Position numbers and translations under genes: made by a program. Of a stretch of 64,000 bases of DNA, positions 15,330 through 28,499 are shown piece by piece; positions within the stretch are counted from its first letter, which is position 1; every line of letters begins with the position of its first letter. The stretch is taken from assembly GCF_009914755.1 (NCBI RefSeq), contig NC_060939.1; one strand, written 5' to 3'. The DNA is from the human T2T-CHM13v2.0 reference genome, Homo sapiens. The notes beneath the pieces are model-generated. The model did no database searches. It saw nothing but the letters and a program-made list of their open reading frames with translations, and was not told the origin of the DNA.

Positions 15330-17270
15330 ATGTCACTTTCCTTTTGCCTGAAGGACTTTTTCTGCTGGTGATAAACTCTTTCAGTGTTTGTATATATGCC
15401 TGAAAAAGTATTTTGCCTTCATTTTTGAAAGTAGTTTTTGCTGAGTGTATACATTTTTGGCTTTACAGTTTCTTTCAGTGCTTTAAAGATGTACCTCTGC
15501 TATTTACTTGCATTGTTTTGTGATGAAAAATCTGTCATCCTTATCTTTGTTCCTCTTTACATAATGTTCCTTTTAAAAAAAATCACTGATTATGATGTGC
15601 CTTGGTGTATTTTTCCTTGGTTTCTTGTGCTTGGAAATTTTTGAACTTCTTGGATCTGTGGGTTTATTGTTTCCATAAAATTTGGAAATTTTTACAATCT
15701 TCTTCAAATATTTTTTCTGATCCCCCACTCTCTCTTCTTCTTTGGAGATTCTCATTACACCTATATTAGCTTGCTTGAAGTTGTCTCACAGCTCACTTGT
15801 ATTCTGTTGACTTTTAAAAAATTATGCTTTCTGTTTCACTGTGGATAGTTTCTATTGCTACCTCTTCAAGTTCACTAATACTTTCCTTTTCAATGTCAAG
15901 ACTGCTGTGAGGCCCATCCAGTGTACTTTGCATTTTATACATTGTAGTTCTAAAAGTTCGGAAAGTTGTTTTTGGGTCTTTTTATATATGTTCTGTGTCT
16001 AACCTTCTAAAACCTGGAACACAGATATAACAATGGTTTTGATGTCCTTGTCTGCGAATCTTATCACTTGGGTCAGTTTCAGTTGATACCTCCTCACTGT
16101 GGGTCTTGCTCCCCTGGTGCTTTCTGTGCCTAGTAATTTTTGTCAGATGCCAGATGTAACATTTACCTTGTTGGGTGCTGGATATTTCTGTATTCCTGTA
16201 AGTATTCTGGAGCTTTGTTATGAGTTGCAGGTTATTTGGAAGCAGTTTCCTTTTTCAGGTCTTGCTGTTAAGATTCGTTAGGTAGAACCAGAGCAGTGCT
16301 CAGTCAAGGGCTAATGATTGCCCACCCCCAAGGTAAAGAGCCTCATTGCACTCTACCCAATTGCGTTAGTCTGTTTTGCAGGAATACCTGAGGCTGGGTA
16401 ATTTATAGAGAAAAGAGTTTTATTTGGCGCACAGTTCCGCAGGCTGTACAAGCATAGCACCAGCATCTGGTTGGCTTCTGGAGAGGCCTCAGGGAGCTTT
16501 TACTCATGGTGGAAGGTGAAGTGGGAGTAGGCGTCCCATGGCAAGAGAGGGAGCAAGAGAGAGAGGAGGAGGTGCCAGCCTCTTTTAAAGCACCAGCTCT
16601 CACGTGAACTCAGAGAACTCACTCATTATCACAAGGACAGCACCAAGCCATTTATGAGGGATCTGCCCAAACACCTCCCACTACAACATTGGAGGTCACA
16701 TTTCAACATGAGATTTGGAGGGGACACATACCCAAACCGTATCACCATCTGGAGGTCTTTGGTGTGGCTGGTGAGAACAGGCACGATGCCAGTTCTTTGT
16801 GAGCACAGGGCACTGTTACCTTCAGTCTTTTCGGGTGGTCCTTTCCCTGGCCTTGGGTAGTTTCCCCACATGCACATCCTAAGCAGTATTCAGCTGTATA
16901 CCTGGGAACCCTCTGTAGATCTTCAAACTTCTTTCTCTGCAGCACTGTCTTCTCTCATGCCATGCCCTGTGAACTCTGGCCACCTTGGTTCCCCATCCCT
17001 CACCTTGGGAAGCCAACTGGTGTCTTTCTGGGTTTCCTTCTTCCTGTGTCACAGCCTGAGGGACTATCTCATGATAGTGAACAGGAGCCGTTAAAAGGCT
17101 CATTTCATTAGTGTCCATTCCTCAGGGATCACTGTTCTTCATTGCCTGATGTCTGGTGTCTTGAAAACCACTGTTCTATACATTTTGTCCCTTTTGGCTG
17201 TTTCAGGCAGGATGGTAAATCTAGTCCCTGTTATTCCATTTTGACTGGAACTTGAGATTGCTCACTTCTT
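15330..17270 (-). mobile_element. Old L1M segment interrupted by an MST LTR
   Basis: T-rich degenerate L1 sequence on both sides of the MST element. Confidence 0.6.
16362..16744 (-). mobile_element. MaLR LTR (MSTA/B-like)
   Basis: tgcgttagtc...aggaatacctgaggctgggtaatttatag...catgagatttggagggg...ccgtatca. Confidence 0.88.
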
Positions 17271-17279
17271 CCTCCCTCT

Positions 17280-18160
17280 TTCTTTCATTGAGGTGAAATT
17301 CATATTACATAAAGGAACTATTTTAAAGCGAACAACTGAATGACCTTAGTGCATTTATAATATTGGGCAGCCACCACTTCTATCTAGTTCCAAAACACTT
17401 TCATCAGTCAGAGAAAACCCTATAACCATTAAATAATCCTTCCCCATTATTCCCTCTCCCCAGCCTCTGGCAGCCACCAGTTTGCATTCTGTCTCTCTGG
17501 ATTTGCCTGTTCTAGACATTTCATATAGAAAGAGTCATACAATATGTGACCTTTTGTGTCTGGCTTCTTTCACTTAGCATAATGTTTTCAAGGTTCATTC
17601 ATCAGTACTCATTCCATCCTTATGGCTGAATAATATTTCGTTGTGTGGATATATACCACATTTTGTTTATCCATTCATCTGTTGATGGACATTTGAGTTG
17701 TTTCCATCTTTGGGCTATTGTGAATAATGCTGCAGTGAAGATTGGTGTACAGGTACTTGACTACCTGTTTTCAGTTTTGGATATGTGCCTGGGAGTGGAA
17801 TTATTAGTCATATTCTTTACGTTTTTAGGAAACACCAAAATGTTTCTACGATGGCTGAACCATTTTACATTCCTACCAGCAATGTGTAAGAGTTGAAGGT
17901 TTTCCTTATCTTTGCCAACACTTATTTCCTGGGTTTTTTTTTTGTGTTTTTTTTTAATGAGTATCTCCATCTTCGTGGGTGTGAAGTAGTCTCATTGTGG
18001 CTTGAACATGCATTTCCCTAGTGATTAATGACATGGAGCATCTTCTCATGGTTTTTTTTGGCCATTTGTATAGCTTCTTTGGAGAAATGTCTGTTCAAAT
18101 CCTTTGCCTGTTTTTGAGTTGGGTTGTTTTTGTTGTTGAGTTTTAGTAATTCTTTTTTTA
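17280..18160 (-). mobile_element. L1MB-like 3' portion
   Basis: cattcatctgttgatggacatttgagttgtttcc, catttccctagtgattaatga; ORF remnants such as [14 protein letters not shown]. Confidence 0.85.
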
Positions 18161-18620
18161 ATGGTATCATGAGCAGTTTACCATGGTCCAAGCTAAAAAT
18201 TTTAATACTCTTCACACTGAGTTGGTTTTTAAGATAATTTTATTAACTAGTCACTCACTTGTTGCATATTTAGGTTGATGGTGTTATTAATAACTTACAA
18301 AATAATTTCTGTGGCTCTTTTTCTCATGGGCTGGGTCCAGGAATATGGTAATGTTTATGGATCTTACCAGATTTTTCCTAAAGGGAGTGAGTTTGCAAAA
18401 GCCATCAGTAATTTTTCAAGTGTGTACGTACTTGTGTCACTGCACACTTGAGCCTTATTTCATAGGATGTATTTTGCTAATAAGTGTAAAATGACTCTGT
18501 TATTAATTTTTTTGATTCCTAATAATGTGAGCATTTGTCCTTGAATATGAGTATATGAGGAAGAACCAAGTGGGTAGTGAAGAGAAGTGGATGGGAATCT
18601 GGCTTCAGTCTTTCGACTAA

Positions 18621-18974
<354 letters not shown>

Positions 18975-21900
18975 AGGACAGCTCGTAAAGGAGAGAGTAA
19001 GAGTCACCAAACACGTGGATATTTTTGGTCTGATCCTACAGTAGCCGGTTATCTAGACCAGTAAGTGGAGTTTTGGACATGCTGCTGCTGTCAACTCACT
19101 GGCTGAAGGAGCACTTCAAGGAATGGGAGGCCTTTCACTGGGTCCAGCTCTGATTCGGGTCACCACTCCTGCACTTTGGCACCCCATCCCATTCCAGCCT
19201 AGTTCTGGCCTCCCACTTTGACGGGCACTTGGAGGAGGAGCTGACTGTGTGTGTACCAGCTTCACTGGGATGTGTTTCCCCAGTCAAGGAACAGGGGATC
19301 TTCAGAGTCATGAATGTTTTCTTGCCAGGGTCAGTGTTCCCAGGACCTTAGTGCATGGTCGGGGCAGGAACTGGTGCATGGAGGCTGCTGGGACCTGGTG
19401 AACAGTGTGTGATTTGGTTGATTTGGTTCACTCTGACATGATGGATGCTGCTGATGGGGAGTGGCGAGTTGGGGCAAGCGGGTGGGGACAAGCATAGGAC
19501 TTGAAGGGGGGGAGCAGGTACACCCCTCAAATGTGTTCTTGGGAGAAGTGATACACTCGGCCTCATTATGTGAAACCTGTGGGTGGGGTTGGGGTGGAGA
19601 AGTAGAGAGAGGGCAACAGCTTCCACAACTGCTTCATCTCTGCCAACACTAATTTTTCCCACACTGTCTTTGTACATTTCAGAGCTTTGGTCTCCTGAGT
19701 GGGCCTCCTTTTCCCACTGTGCCAGGGAAGGTAGGTTTCTCTGGCTGACTGAGTACTGTGAGTGAGGCAACACTGATGCCAGCATGGGTCTTACTTGACT
19801 GGGGAGTAGGCTGAGTGAGGGGTAGGGTGGGGTAGGTGGGGAGTAGTGTGGCCAGGGAACTGGAATCCCTGGTGGATTTCTGATTCCTGTGGTGAGAAGG
19901 AAAGCTACAGGACCTGGAGAAGGGGCTGCAGAGGCAGGCCTGCTGACCAACTTGTTGCAATCACAAAGGTGGGGGTCCTGGTGCAGGCAGTGAACAGGCT
20001 TCTAATGTGGGGTTCAGTAGTGCCAGCAAGTGGGGGAAACTTTCAGTATTGCGCTAGGTCAACACTTCCTGCTGCATTTCCTTCCCTTTGCACAGCTTGA
20101 AGAAATAGAGTAGACAGAATCACACATCATGTGGTGGGCAGATGGAAATAAGTACCTGTGGTGAACAAGTTTCTACTGTAGTTGGAGATCATTAGAATTG
20201 AATTCAGTTTCTCTTAGAATATAATCAGGTATAAACCTAAGTTAAACTTTTTCCCAAACAAGGAGCATCCAAAGACACAGTGACTTGAGCTATAGATAGT
20301 AAAAATCATACGAGAGTTGAACTGAGTCAGGTTTAGGAAGCAAGTTTGGTTGCATCAATTAAGCAGGCTCTTTTCAATTGACTGATGCTGGGGCCTTCAG
20401 TTTTATTCTCAGTATAGATTGCCAGTATTGTTAAGAGTATCCAAAGGCCTTTCTAGATGGAGACAGAATAACTGACTTGAACATACAGTGTGCCTGTAAG
20501 TGTCCAGGCTCAGAGCTGGTGAAAACCCTTCTGTTGGGCGTGTGCAGGGTTAAACTCCTGAAGTAACTTGTGAGGACTTCAGTGCTTGCTGGTGTCCTGG
20601 GCAGCACCATGAATGCCTTTACCAAGACATGCCAAGTTGGATCCCCCGAATGAAGCAGATGTGGCTGTGGTGTGACCCTTGCTCCCTGCTACACAGAGCA
20701 TCGCAGGGCTGGCCTGTGTGGTTTCCAGATGAGGGTCTGGGTCCCGGAAGCTTGTGTTGAGAGCTCAGTGGACCCACCCCGCTTGCTGAACCCTCACAGT
20801 TCTTGGGGTTGTCCAGCCTGGACTTGTAGCACACATGTCCTGAAGCAAAGCTCCGGTGACTGCATGAGCCACCTGGCCACAGTCCTCCCATGGAGGGCCT
20901 GCCGTGACGCTCAGTGGAGAGGGCAGGGCCTGTGTCTCCACTTAGGCCACACAGTGATGAGGAAACCACAGATGGAGCTTCTTGCCGATAATACTGACTC
21001 TAGCCCATGATTGCCTTGCCCAAGCCAAAGAGGAAGGTTAGGTTGGCTTGTCGAGCCCTTGAGCGTTGGGAGATGGGGTGGGAAGGAGGTGAGCCCCTGC
21101 AGAGAGTTGGGTAGTGTCCTTCAGGAATGAAAGGAGGGGCAAAGGAGTCACCAGAGGTCCTGCATTTCCATCAGGGTTTCCACAGTCATCAGGGCTTCTC
21201 TCTTGAGTTGCTGATAGGAGATGTGAGTTATGCCCAGAGATGTCTTATCGTGAGGAAAAAGAAACTTCCTTTTGTTCACATTCAGGACTCTCAGTGCCAT
21301 ATGAAGTAGCAAAAGGCAGTATCGGCCAGATCAGTGTTACATTGATTCTAAAATTACAGTGTCCCCATTAGACAACTATTTTAGGTGCTGGAGTATGTTT
21401 GAAGAGTGTGCTGGGAAAAAGGAAGCATTTCTTCATTGATTTAAATCAGTATGAATATTATATGCCTAAATAAAAAATTTGCACAGGTAAATTCTCTCAC
21501 TTGTGAATGGGAGAAGCTGCCCCAGGAATCTGTGAGGATGGTATTCCCTGGAGTCTGGCTTTGAAAGATTTCATTGTTGGTAGAAATAACAGGTTGAGAA
21601 AGAGGGAGTTAGCATCACCTAAAACCTGCACGTGAACAAGGGTTGACATGATACACTATGGCCTTAGAAAAGGGCCAGGTGAAACCCCAAGCTAATCACT
21701 GCGGTCTTTCAGAGCCGGACAGACAGGTGCCAGCAGAGCCCGGGGCTCACTCTCCTTTCAGTCACTCCTCAGCCCTTCGAAGGGAAGCCCAAACACTTTG
21801 CACGCTGTGCTGCAGACATTCTGGCCTGGTGTGTCTGAAAGTTGCATCAGTCCTCACGGTGCAAACACAGTTGATTTAGGAAGTCACACAATGACACTGA

Positions 21901-22275
21901 AATCCTACAGACCAAAATCCACTTGTCAGCAGGAGCAGCAGCCCAGGCCCAGCACCAGCGGTCTTCCGGCTCCTCTGAGGGCTGCCACGTTGGGCGAGGG
22001 GAGCCATGCCAAGGGTCCAGGCTGCTTTAGGCCATCTGTGCCCCACTCATCTGGGGACAGATGGTTTTTCTTTATTGTAAAATTGTGGACTTTTAAAACC
22101 TGTTGACTAAACAGTAATTAATTTATATTTGTGAAAAATGCCACTGTCCTAGTGATTTCTGATGTAAATAATGTTGTTTATATAGTATGTATTAAATTTT
22201 CCTACATTGTAAAACTGCTGTACTTTTGATTCTTGTATATTAAAAAGTGTTACTGAGCATTTTTAGAATTGGGCT
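18975..22275 (+). other. CHD2: CHD2 3' UTR (3' end approximate)
   Basis: Largely repeat-free sequence after the stop. AU-rich terminal block with ATTAAA at 22191-22196 and 22239-22244, followed by GT-rich sequence. Proximal AATAAA at 21469-21474. Confidence 0.8.
22239..22244 (+). terminator. CHD2: Probable distal poly(A) signal (ATTAAA) of CHD2
   Basis: Upstream TGTA elements; downstream ttgcattgcattgtggtgtg GU-rich element. Confidence 0.6.
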
Positions 22276-25200
22276 AACACGTTGCATTGCATTGTGGTGT
22301 GAGCTCTGTGACTAGAGATACCGCCTTGTCTACCTTCCCTCGTTGGTTGCTGGGTCACATCCAGATGTTTTGACAGCTTGTGAAGTGGAGTCTTTTAAAG
22401 TTGCATTTCCCTCCATCCAGTACCAGTTGCATTGTTGCGTACCGGCCTTAACACCACAGATACCTAAGCTGTTCCTGAGTATGCCGTCGTCGAGGTGAAC
22501 AGCTCCCTGGCCGAGCAACTCCAGGCTGTGGCCCACAGCTCTGCACTTGAGGGAGGGGCAGGGTTGCCGAAACCGGTAGTTAATTCCCGTGGGTTAGTCC
22601 TGCCTGGGGGGATCCAGGGAGACCTAGGGGGGCCACCCCTTCTATCCTGAAGGAAATAACACTGTGTCTGCCAGCCTGTAGCTTTGAGGGTAATTTAACA
22701 GATGGGGTCTGGGGGGTGGCATTTTATAATGGAAACACTGACACAAACGTTAGCTTTAGTATTCTGGCACAGGGGCAGGCCCAGCTCTGGTGCAGCCCAG
22801 ACAGAGGAAGGGTGGCACAGCCTGCGGGCGGAGATCTCTGTCTGAATAAGGGTTGAAGTTTGCCCAGATCCACGATTTTCACTAATGTTTTGGTGACTTT
22901 GAGACTAGCTCTTAAATCTTGATACCAAATAAGCCATGTGTCTACTGAGAGCTGAGCTGTCAACTGCTGTGACTCCGCTCCGTCAGCCCAGGGGACTTGG
23001 ACGCAGGGGCCCTTGCCAGCCCTGGCCCGCGCTGGAGCGGGAGGCTGGGATTTTTAGTTCACGTAGTTCTTGAGAAAGACGAAGAAAAGCTGAGGGCTCT
23101 TGGTGCCCATCAAGAAACGACTCACAATCGTGTTGTAACTCATGACTCAGCTGGAACAATTTGGGGAAACTTTAAGAACAAGTACTGCAATAATCAGCTT
23201 ATTATGACTTACAATAGCAACAAGGCTTCGAAACTGCCAGCTGCCAAAACGCCTGCCTTTTACTGGAAGCGGCCGGCCCAGGGCCCCTGCCTCCTCCCTC
23301 CTCCCTGGCAGGGCCTCGCACGCCTGGCATCACGGCAAGCCCTCCTCAGTCAGCGCCAACAGAAAGGTCACTTATTGAAACCCAAGTCCCTGCAGTTTGC
23401 CAGACCAGAGTCGGCTCCAGATTCCAACCTGTGGCCTTTAAAGGCGCAGGACCAGCTCTGATGTGAGGCGTTGCCTTAACTGAAGCCCCCTGCACCAGTC
23501 CTTTCTGTCATATCTCATGGGACCCATTTGGTCTCCCAGCCCACCTCAAATCTGTTCTGATCAGTGAGCGGGTGGGGAGGAGAAGGTGCAGCTGGATTCA
23601 GTGAAAGTTCCATCCTGCAGAAACCTGGGCACTAATTGAGGAGCTGTTCCCGCTGCTGCCGGTGGGCCCCTCCCCCAGGCTTGACGTCTTGGGGGTGTTC
23701 TGGTCAGTTCTGCTGGCGTGTGATGTGGTGGATGACAGTGTGCTCAGGCCACCTGGTTTTGCGCTGAGCCTCCTGCTGTCTGGCTTTGTGTGGGAACATG
23801 GACCAGTCCATGGCCTAAAGGCTTCTTACCTCGAAGATGGGCAGAACAATATCCACTTCCGGAACATCACACGTGAGCTTCCTCTTAATTTCTTTAGTGA
23901 CCTAAGAAGGAATTGTTGCTAAAACACGGGCCCCGTTAACCACAGGCACTGTGGTGGCCCTCGGGGCGTTGGGGGGCTGTAAAGGGGCCTCCCGAGTCAG
24001 CGCATTGCCCCCATGTGGTCCCTCCCCATGTTCAGCTGGGTGATCACCTTGCATCTTCACCTGCAAAGGAAGGAGGCCGCTTCTTGGGTTCATGCGGTTT
24101 TTAAGTGAGAGTGTGCACAGTGGAAAAGGAAAAGGTTTGTAACCCTAAGGGCGACCTGGAAGAGACAGCATTCAAAGTCCTTGGCTGGGGAATAGGTGGA
24201 GAGGGTTGAGTCAGAGGGCAGCTGGATGGGTTGAGGCAGACTAAGGACAGAGCTTGCCCGGCCTGGAGGGCAGGCCCGGTGAGCACCGGGCCCAGCACCT
24301 CCCACTCCAGAGACTGCAAGACAAGCGAGCTGCCCTCTTGGAGCCCCATTGGCCAGGGCTTCTGGAAAGCCGCAGCTTGCTGTGCGGGGAGACTAAACCC
24401 CAGCAGGAAGGCCCAGCAGGGACTAGAACCCCCAGGAGCTCATAGTCTCATGGGGGAGACACTGCTGGAACCAGACAGTTATGGGAGAGGACGTTTTCCT
24501 TGAACCAGGTCTCCAGCCCCTCCTGTGGGCTGGTCCTGCTCCAGGAGCTGGACCCGCGCAGTGAACCAGGAGGATAAGGGCCCTGGCCCCTTGGAGTTGG
24601 TATTCTAGCTGGGGTAGGGGTTGGGGGCGGGCCCTAGAGAAGCAAACAGTAAGAGGACAAACGTCACATGAGTGTCAGGGAGAAAACAGCCAGAGGTAGA
24701 GGGACAGGGTCGTGAAAATCCTGGATCTGGGCAAACTTCAACCCCTACTCAGACGGCCAAGCCCTGGCGATGAGGATGGGCGGTCAGGAAGGCACGTGGG
24801 CCAGCGGGTGGGTGCCGGGCATGGCTGGACAGACTGGATTTGAACATTGGCTCTGTCTCTTACCAGCTGGTGTTGTGGAGCACATTCTCTATCTCCAAGC
24901 CTTAACTACAAATAGATACTGACAGCTTCTCACCAGGCTGGGCAGGGACAAGTGAGGTCCCTGAGGTGCATGTCAGGTGGGCTCGGCAGCTGTCATGATC
25001 AAAGGGTGGCACTGGGGCCTGTGCGGTGTTTGGGATCAGCTCCCACTCTCTGAAGCCTAGACTGAGGGCCCCTGAGCGAATGTGGTTCTAGAACCATCCT
25101 GCAGAGGGCAGCAGATTTCCACAAACAGCCTGCCCGGCACCCAACACCTAAACCCAACCCAGGGAAGGTTCCCGGCTCTTCCCTTGCCCCGGTGGGTCTC

Positions 25201-25914
25201 TCCCCCTTGGAGCCCACAACAAAGCCCCCCACACCCCAGGAGATGTGGAGCCACGTGGCTTCCGCAGGAAGGGAGACGGACGGGGAAGAGAGGGGCAGAG
25301 GCTGCAGGGAGAGGCAGCCTCACTGCCCTCCAAGAGCAGGGGACGCGAGGGGACAGGCTGCCCCGTCCCCAGCCTCCTTCATCCCTACTTCCAGCCCTTG
25401 TGCGGGGACGCACAGGGGGTCCTGCTCTGCAGTCCAGCCTCTCCTTCCTCCCACCTGGGAGGGGCAACTGTAGGGACCCTTCTGAGCCACAAGGCCCCCC
25501 TGGCATCACCGGCTGTTCTCGGTGACCTTCACCTTAATGTCCAAGCGCCCTGGTTTGGGTCTGGGGCCCTCTGTGACCTGCCCCTGCTGGCCACTCGAAC
25601 CTTCTTGAGTCCCCTCACTGCAACCAGCCCCAGCTGCTCTCGGCCTCAGGTGGAGGAGGCCAGCTCCGCCTCTAGGGCATGGTCCCTTTCTTCCTCCTCC
25701 ATCACCTCCATCTGCCCGCTGAGCACCTGGTGGTCTTCAAGAATCAATTCCGGCCATCTCTGGCTCTGCTGTTCCCATCTCCATGCCTGCTGGTGTCTTC
25801 CCTGTTCCCACAGATGCCGTCAGAGCCCCTGGCGCCCCCACCTGAACGAGGCTCCCTTGGAAAACCCAGGTTCTGTTCCTCTCTAGCTCCGCTTCCTGCC
25901 TCCACAGGTGCAGG

Positions 25915-27191
25915 TGAGAGGTGACAGCGTGCTGGCAGCCCTCAGAGCCCTCGCTTGCTCTCAGCACCTCCCCTGCCTGGGCTCTCACTTTGGCGGCATT
26001 TGAGGAGCCCTTCAGCACCCCCTGCACTGTGGGAGCCCCTTTCTGGGCTGGCCAAGGCTGGAGCCCACTCCCTCAGCTTGCAGGGAGGTGTGGAGGGAGA
26101 GGCGCAAGCGGGAACCTGGGCTGCGTGCGGCACTTGCAGGCCAGCTGGAGTTCCGGGTGGGCGTGGGCTTGGCGGGCCCCGCACTCGGAGCGGCCAGCCA
26201 GCTCTGCTGGCCCCGGGCAATGAGGGACTTAGCACCCAGGCCAGTGGCTGCGGAGGGTGTACTCGGTCCCCCAGCCGTGCCGGCCCACCGGCGCTGCGCT
26301 CGATTTCTCGCCGGGCCTTAGCTGCCTTCCCGTGGGGCAAGGCTCGGGACCTGCAGCCCACCATGCCTGAGCCTCCCACCCACTCCATGGGCTCCTGTGC
26401 GGCCCGAGCCTCCCCGACGAGCACCACCCTCTGCTCCACGACGCCCAGTCCCACTGACCACCCGAGGGCTGAGGAATGCGAGCGCACCGCGCGGGACTGG
26501 CAGGCAGCTCCACCTGCAGCCCCGGTGCGGGATCCACTAGGTGAAGCCAGCTGGGCTCCTGAGTCTGGTGGGGACGTGGAGAGTCTTTATACCTAGCTCA
26601 GGGATTGTAAAAACACCAATCAGCACCCTGTGTCTAGCTCAGGGTTTGTGAGTGCACCAATCGACACTCTGTATCTAGCTGCTCTGGTGGGGATGTGGAG
26701 AGTCTTTATGTCTAGCTCAGGGATTGTAAATACGCCAATCAGCACCCTGTGTTTAGCTCAAGGTTTGTGAGTGCACCAGTCGACACTCTGTATCTAACTA
26801 ATCTGATGGGGACGTGGAGAACCTTTGTATCTAGCTCAGGGATTGTAAACGCACCAATCAGCGCCCTGACAAAACAGGCCACTCGGCTCTACCAATCAGC
26901 AGGATGTAGGTGGGGCCAGATAAGAGAATAAAAGCAGGCTGCCCCAGCCGGCATTGGCAACCCACTCGGGTTCTCTTGAGCGCTGTAGGAATCATCGTGA
27001 AGGTCTGCAGCTTCACTCCTGAGCCAGCGAGACCACGAACCCACCAGAAGGAAGAAACTCCGGACACATCTGAACATCAGAAGGTACAAACTGCAGAGGC
27101 GCCACCTTAAGAGCTGTAACACTCACTGCGAGGGTTCGCGATTTCTTTCTTGAAGTTAGTGTAGACCAAGAACCCACCAGTTCCAGACACA
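25915..27191 (+). mobile_element. Solo ERV9 LTR (LTR12C-like)
   Basis: TGAGAGGTGACAGCGTGCTGGCAG...CCAGACACA termini; 4-bp TSD CAGG (25911-25914 / 27192-27195). CpG-rich U3, tandem tctagctcagg/CCAAT repeats, GATAAG and an AATAAAA TATA-like box at ~26919-26933. Confidence 0.95.
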
Positions 27192-27724
27192 CAGGGGGCT
27201 GGGAAACTGTTCCAGGGTGAACGCAGTAGCAGGTCCTCTAGGCTCATTCCTTATTGTGTCTGGGTGCCCTGGTCCCTGGCTAAACAGTGGCCTGGAGGCA
27301 CTTGCTGCGCTTGGAGCCTTCTCTTGTGGGTGCCCAGAGGAGCCAAAGCGGGTGCTACCTTCTCTGGGGGCTGAGGAGGCTCGGAATTCAGCCAGACTTC
27401 AGGTCCCTGCTCCCCAGGCTTCGCAGACGAGGGGGCATATTTAAAGCAGACAGGAGACAGGTCCTAGCTTAGAGCGGCTGTCTAAGACTCCTTGCTGGAC
27501 TTGATGTTATCCCTTTTTCTGTTGGACTGTGGGAAGAGTCAGGGGACCTTCCTGCAGCTGAGCTGGAGTGGTGATGGGGCTCTAGGGGGTTGGGGCAAGT
27601 AGTAAATAGGGGGAGTTTGCTGATATCCTGGTGTTATTTTAGTATTTTAGCATCTACATGGCTGTGCTGGACTCATGGGCTCGTGGCCCTAGCTGCTTAG
27701 GATCAGGCCCAGGCTCTGCACTGC

Positions 27725-27780
27725 GGGGAGGTGGGGAGGTGGGGAGGTGGGGAGGTGGGGAGGTGGAGAGGTGGGAAGGT
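27725..27780 (+). repeat. (GGGGAGGT)n minisatellite, 7 units, G-quadruplex-prone
   Basis: Five perfect and two variant 8-bp units. Confidence 0.9.
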
Positions 27781-28499
27781 CTGGGCAGCAGCAGCACGGT
27801 GTGGCGTCAAGTAGCTCGCACAAGAAGGACTCAAGGCCCAGCGTGGAGACCCAGGGCCCTCACTGCAGGCAGGCTGAGAGCATGGGCTCTGGAGACAGCT
27901 CACCTTCAAATCGGGTTGCATCCTGGCTGCTGTGACCGGGCCTGGGTGGTTAATCTTACAGGGCCTCAGCGTCTGCACCTGTAATCCTGGGAGAACAGTG
28001 TTATTTTCCTGATGAGAGAACAGAGCCTGGCACATGCTAGCACCATGTGGGGTGAACCCTCATTACTGTGGTCCTCCAGGGTATACGCATCCTCAGCAAG
28101 GCCTGGCTAATGCTTGGTGATCTGGCCGGAGGTGGAGCCCATATGCCTGCCCTCCCTGGACCAGGACAGGCTGGCAGTGACACCTCTGTGGTCCCCCTGG
28201 CTTCATCTGGGGCCACCTCTTTCCACATTGTGTTAGGCTCCTGCTGACCCGTACTACAGGGCATCTTCACCTTCTTTGGACCCCATCCCACATCGCTCTG
28301 CCCCAATCCTGGAGTGCTTGTTGTCTCCTTCACTTTCTCAGCCCTGCTCTGACAGTGGAAGCAAATACTAATCAGATAAAAGAATCCCTACCCAGTTATA
28401 CTGATTTAGTACTTCCCAAACGTGGGACTACAGATATATGGTGGGGAGGATGGCTCTTAGAGGTCTCTGGAAGAATTTAAACCATTTTGTTTTCATTTC

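Noticed and set aside
19348-19950. 200-aa minus-strand ORF
   Set aside because: Antisense to the G-rich CHD2 3' UTR; Pro/Ser-biased with no recognisable domain.
25921-26596. Several overlapping 100-213 aa ORFs
   Set aside because: All lie in the GC-rich U3 of the LTR12; they are stop-poor repeat sequence with no protein-family features.
26560-26900. Regularly spaced direct repeats resembling a CRISPR array
   Set aside because: These are the ERV9 U3 enhancer tandem repeats; the spacers are not unique, there are no cas genes, and the DNA is human.
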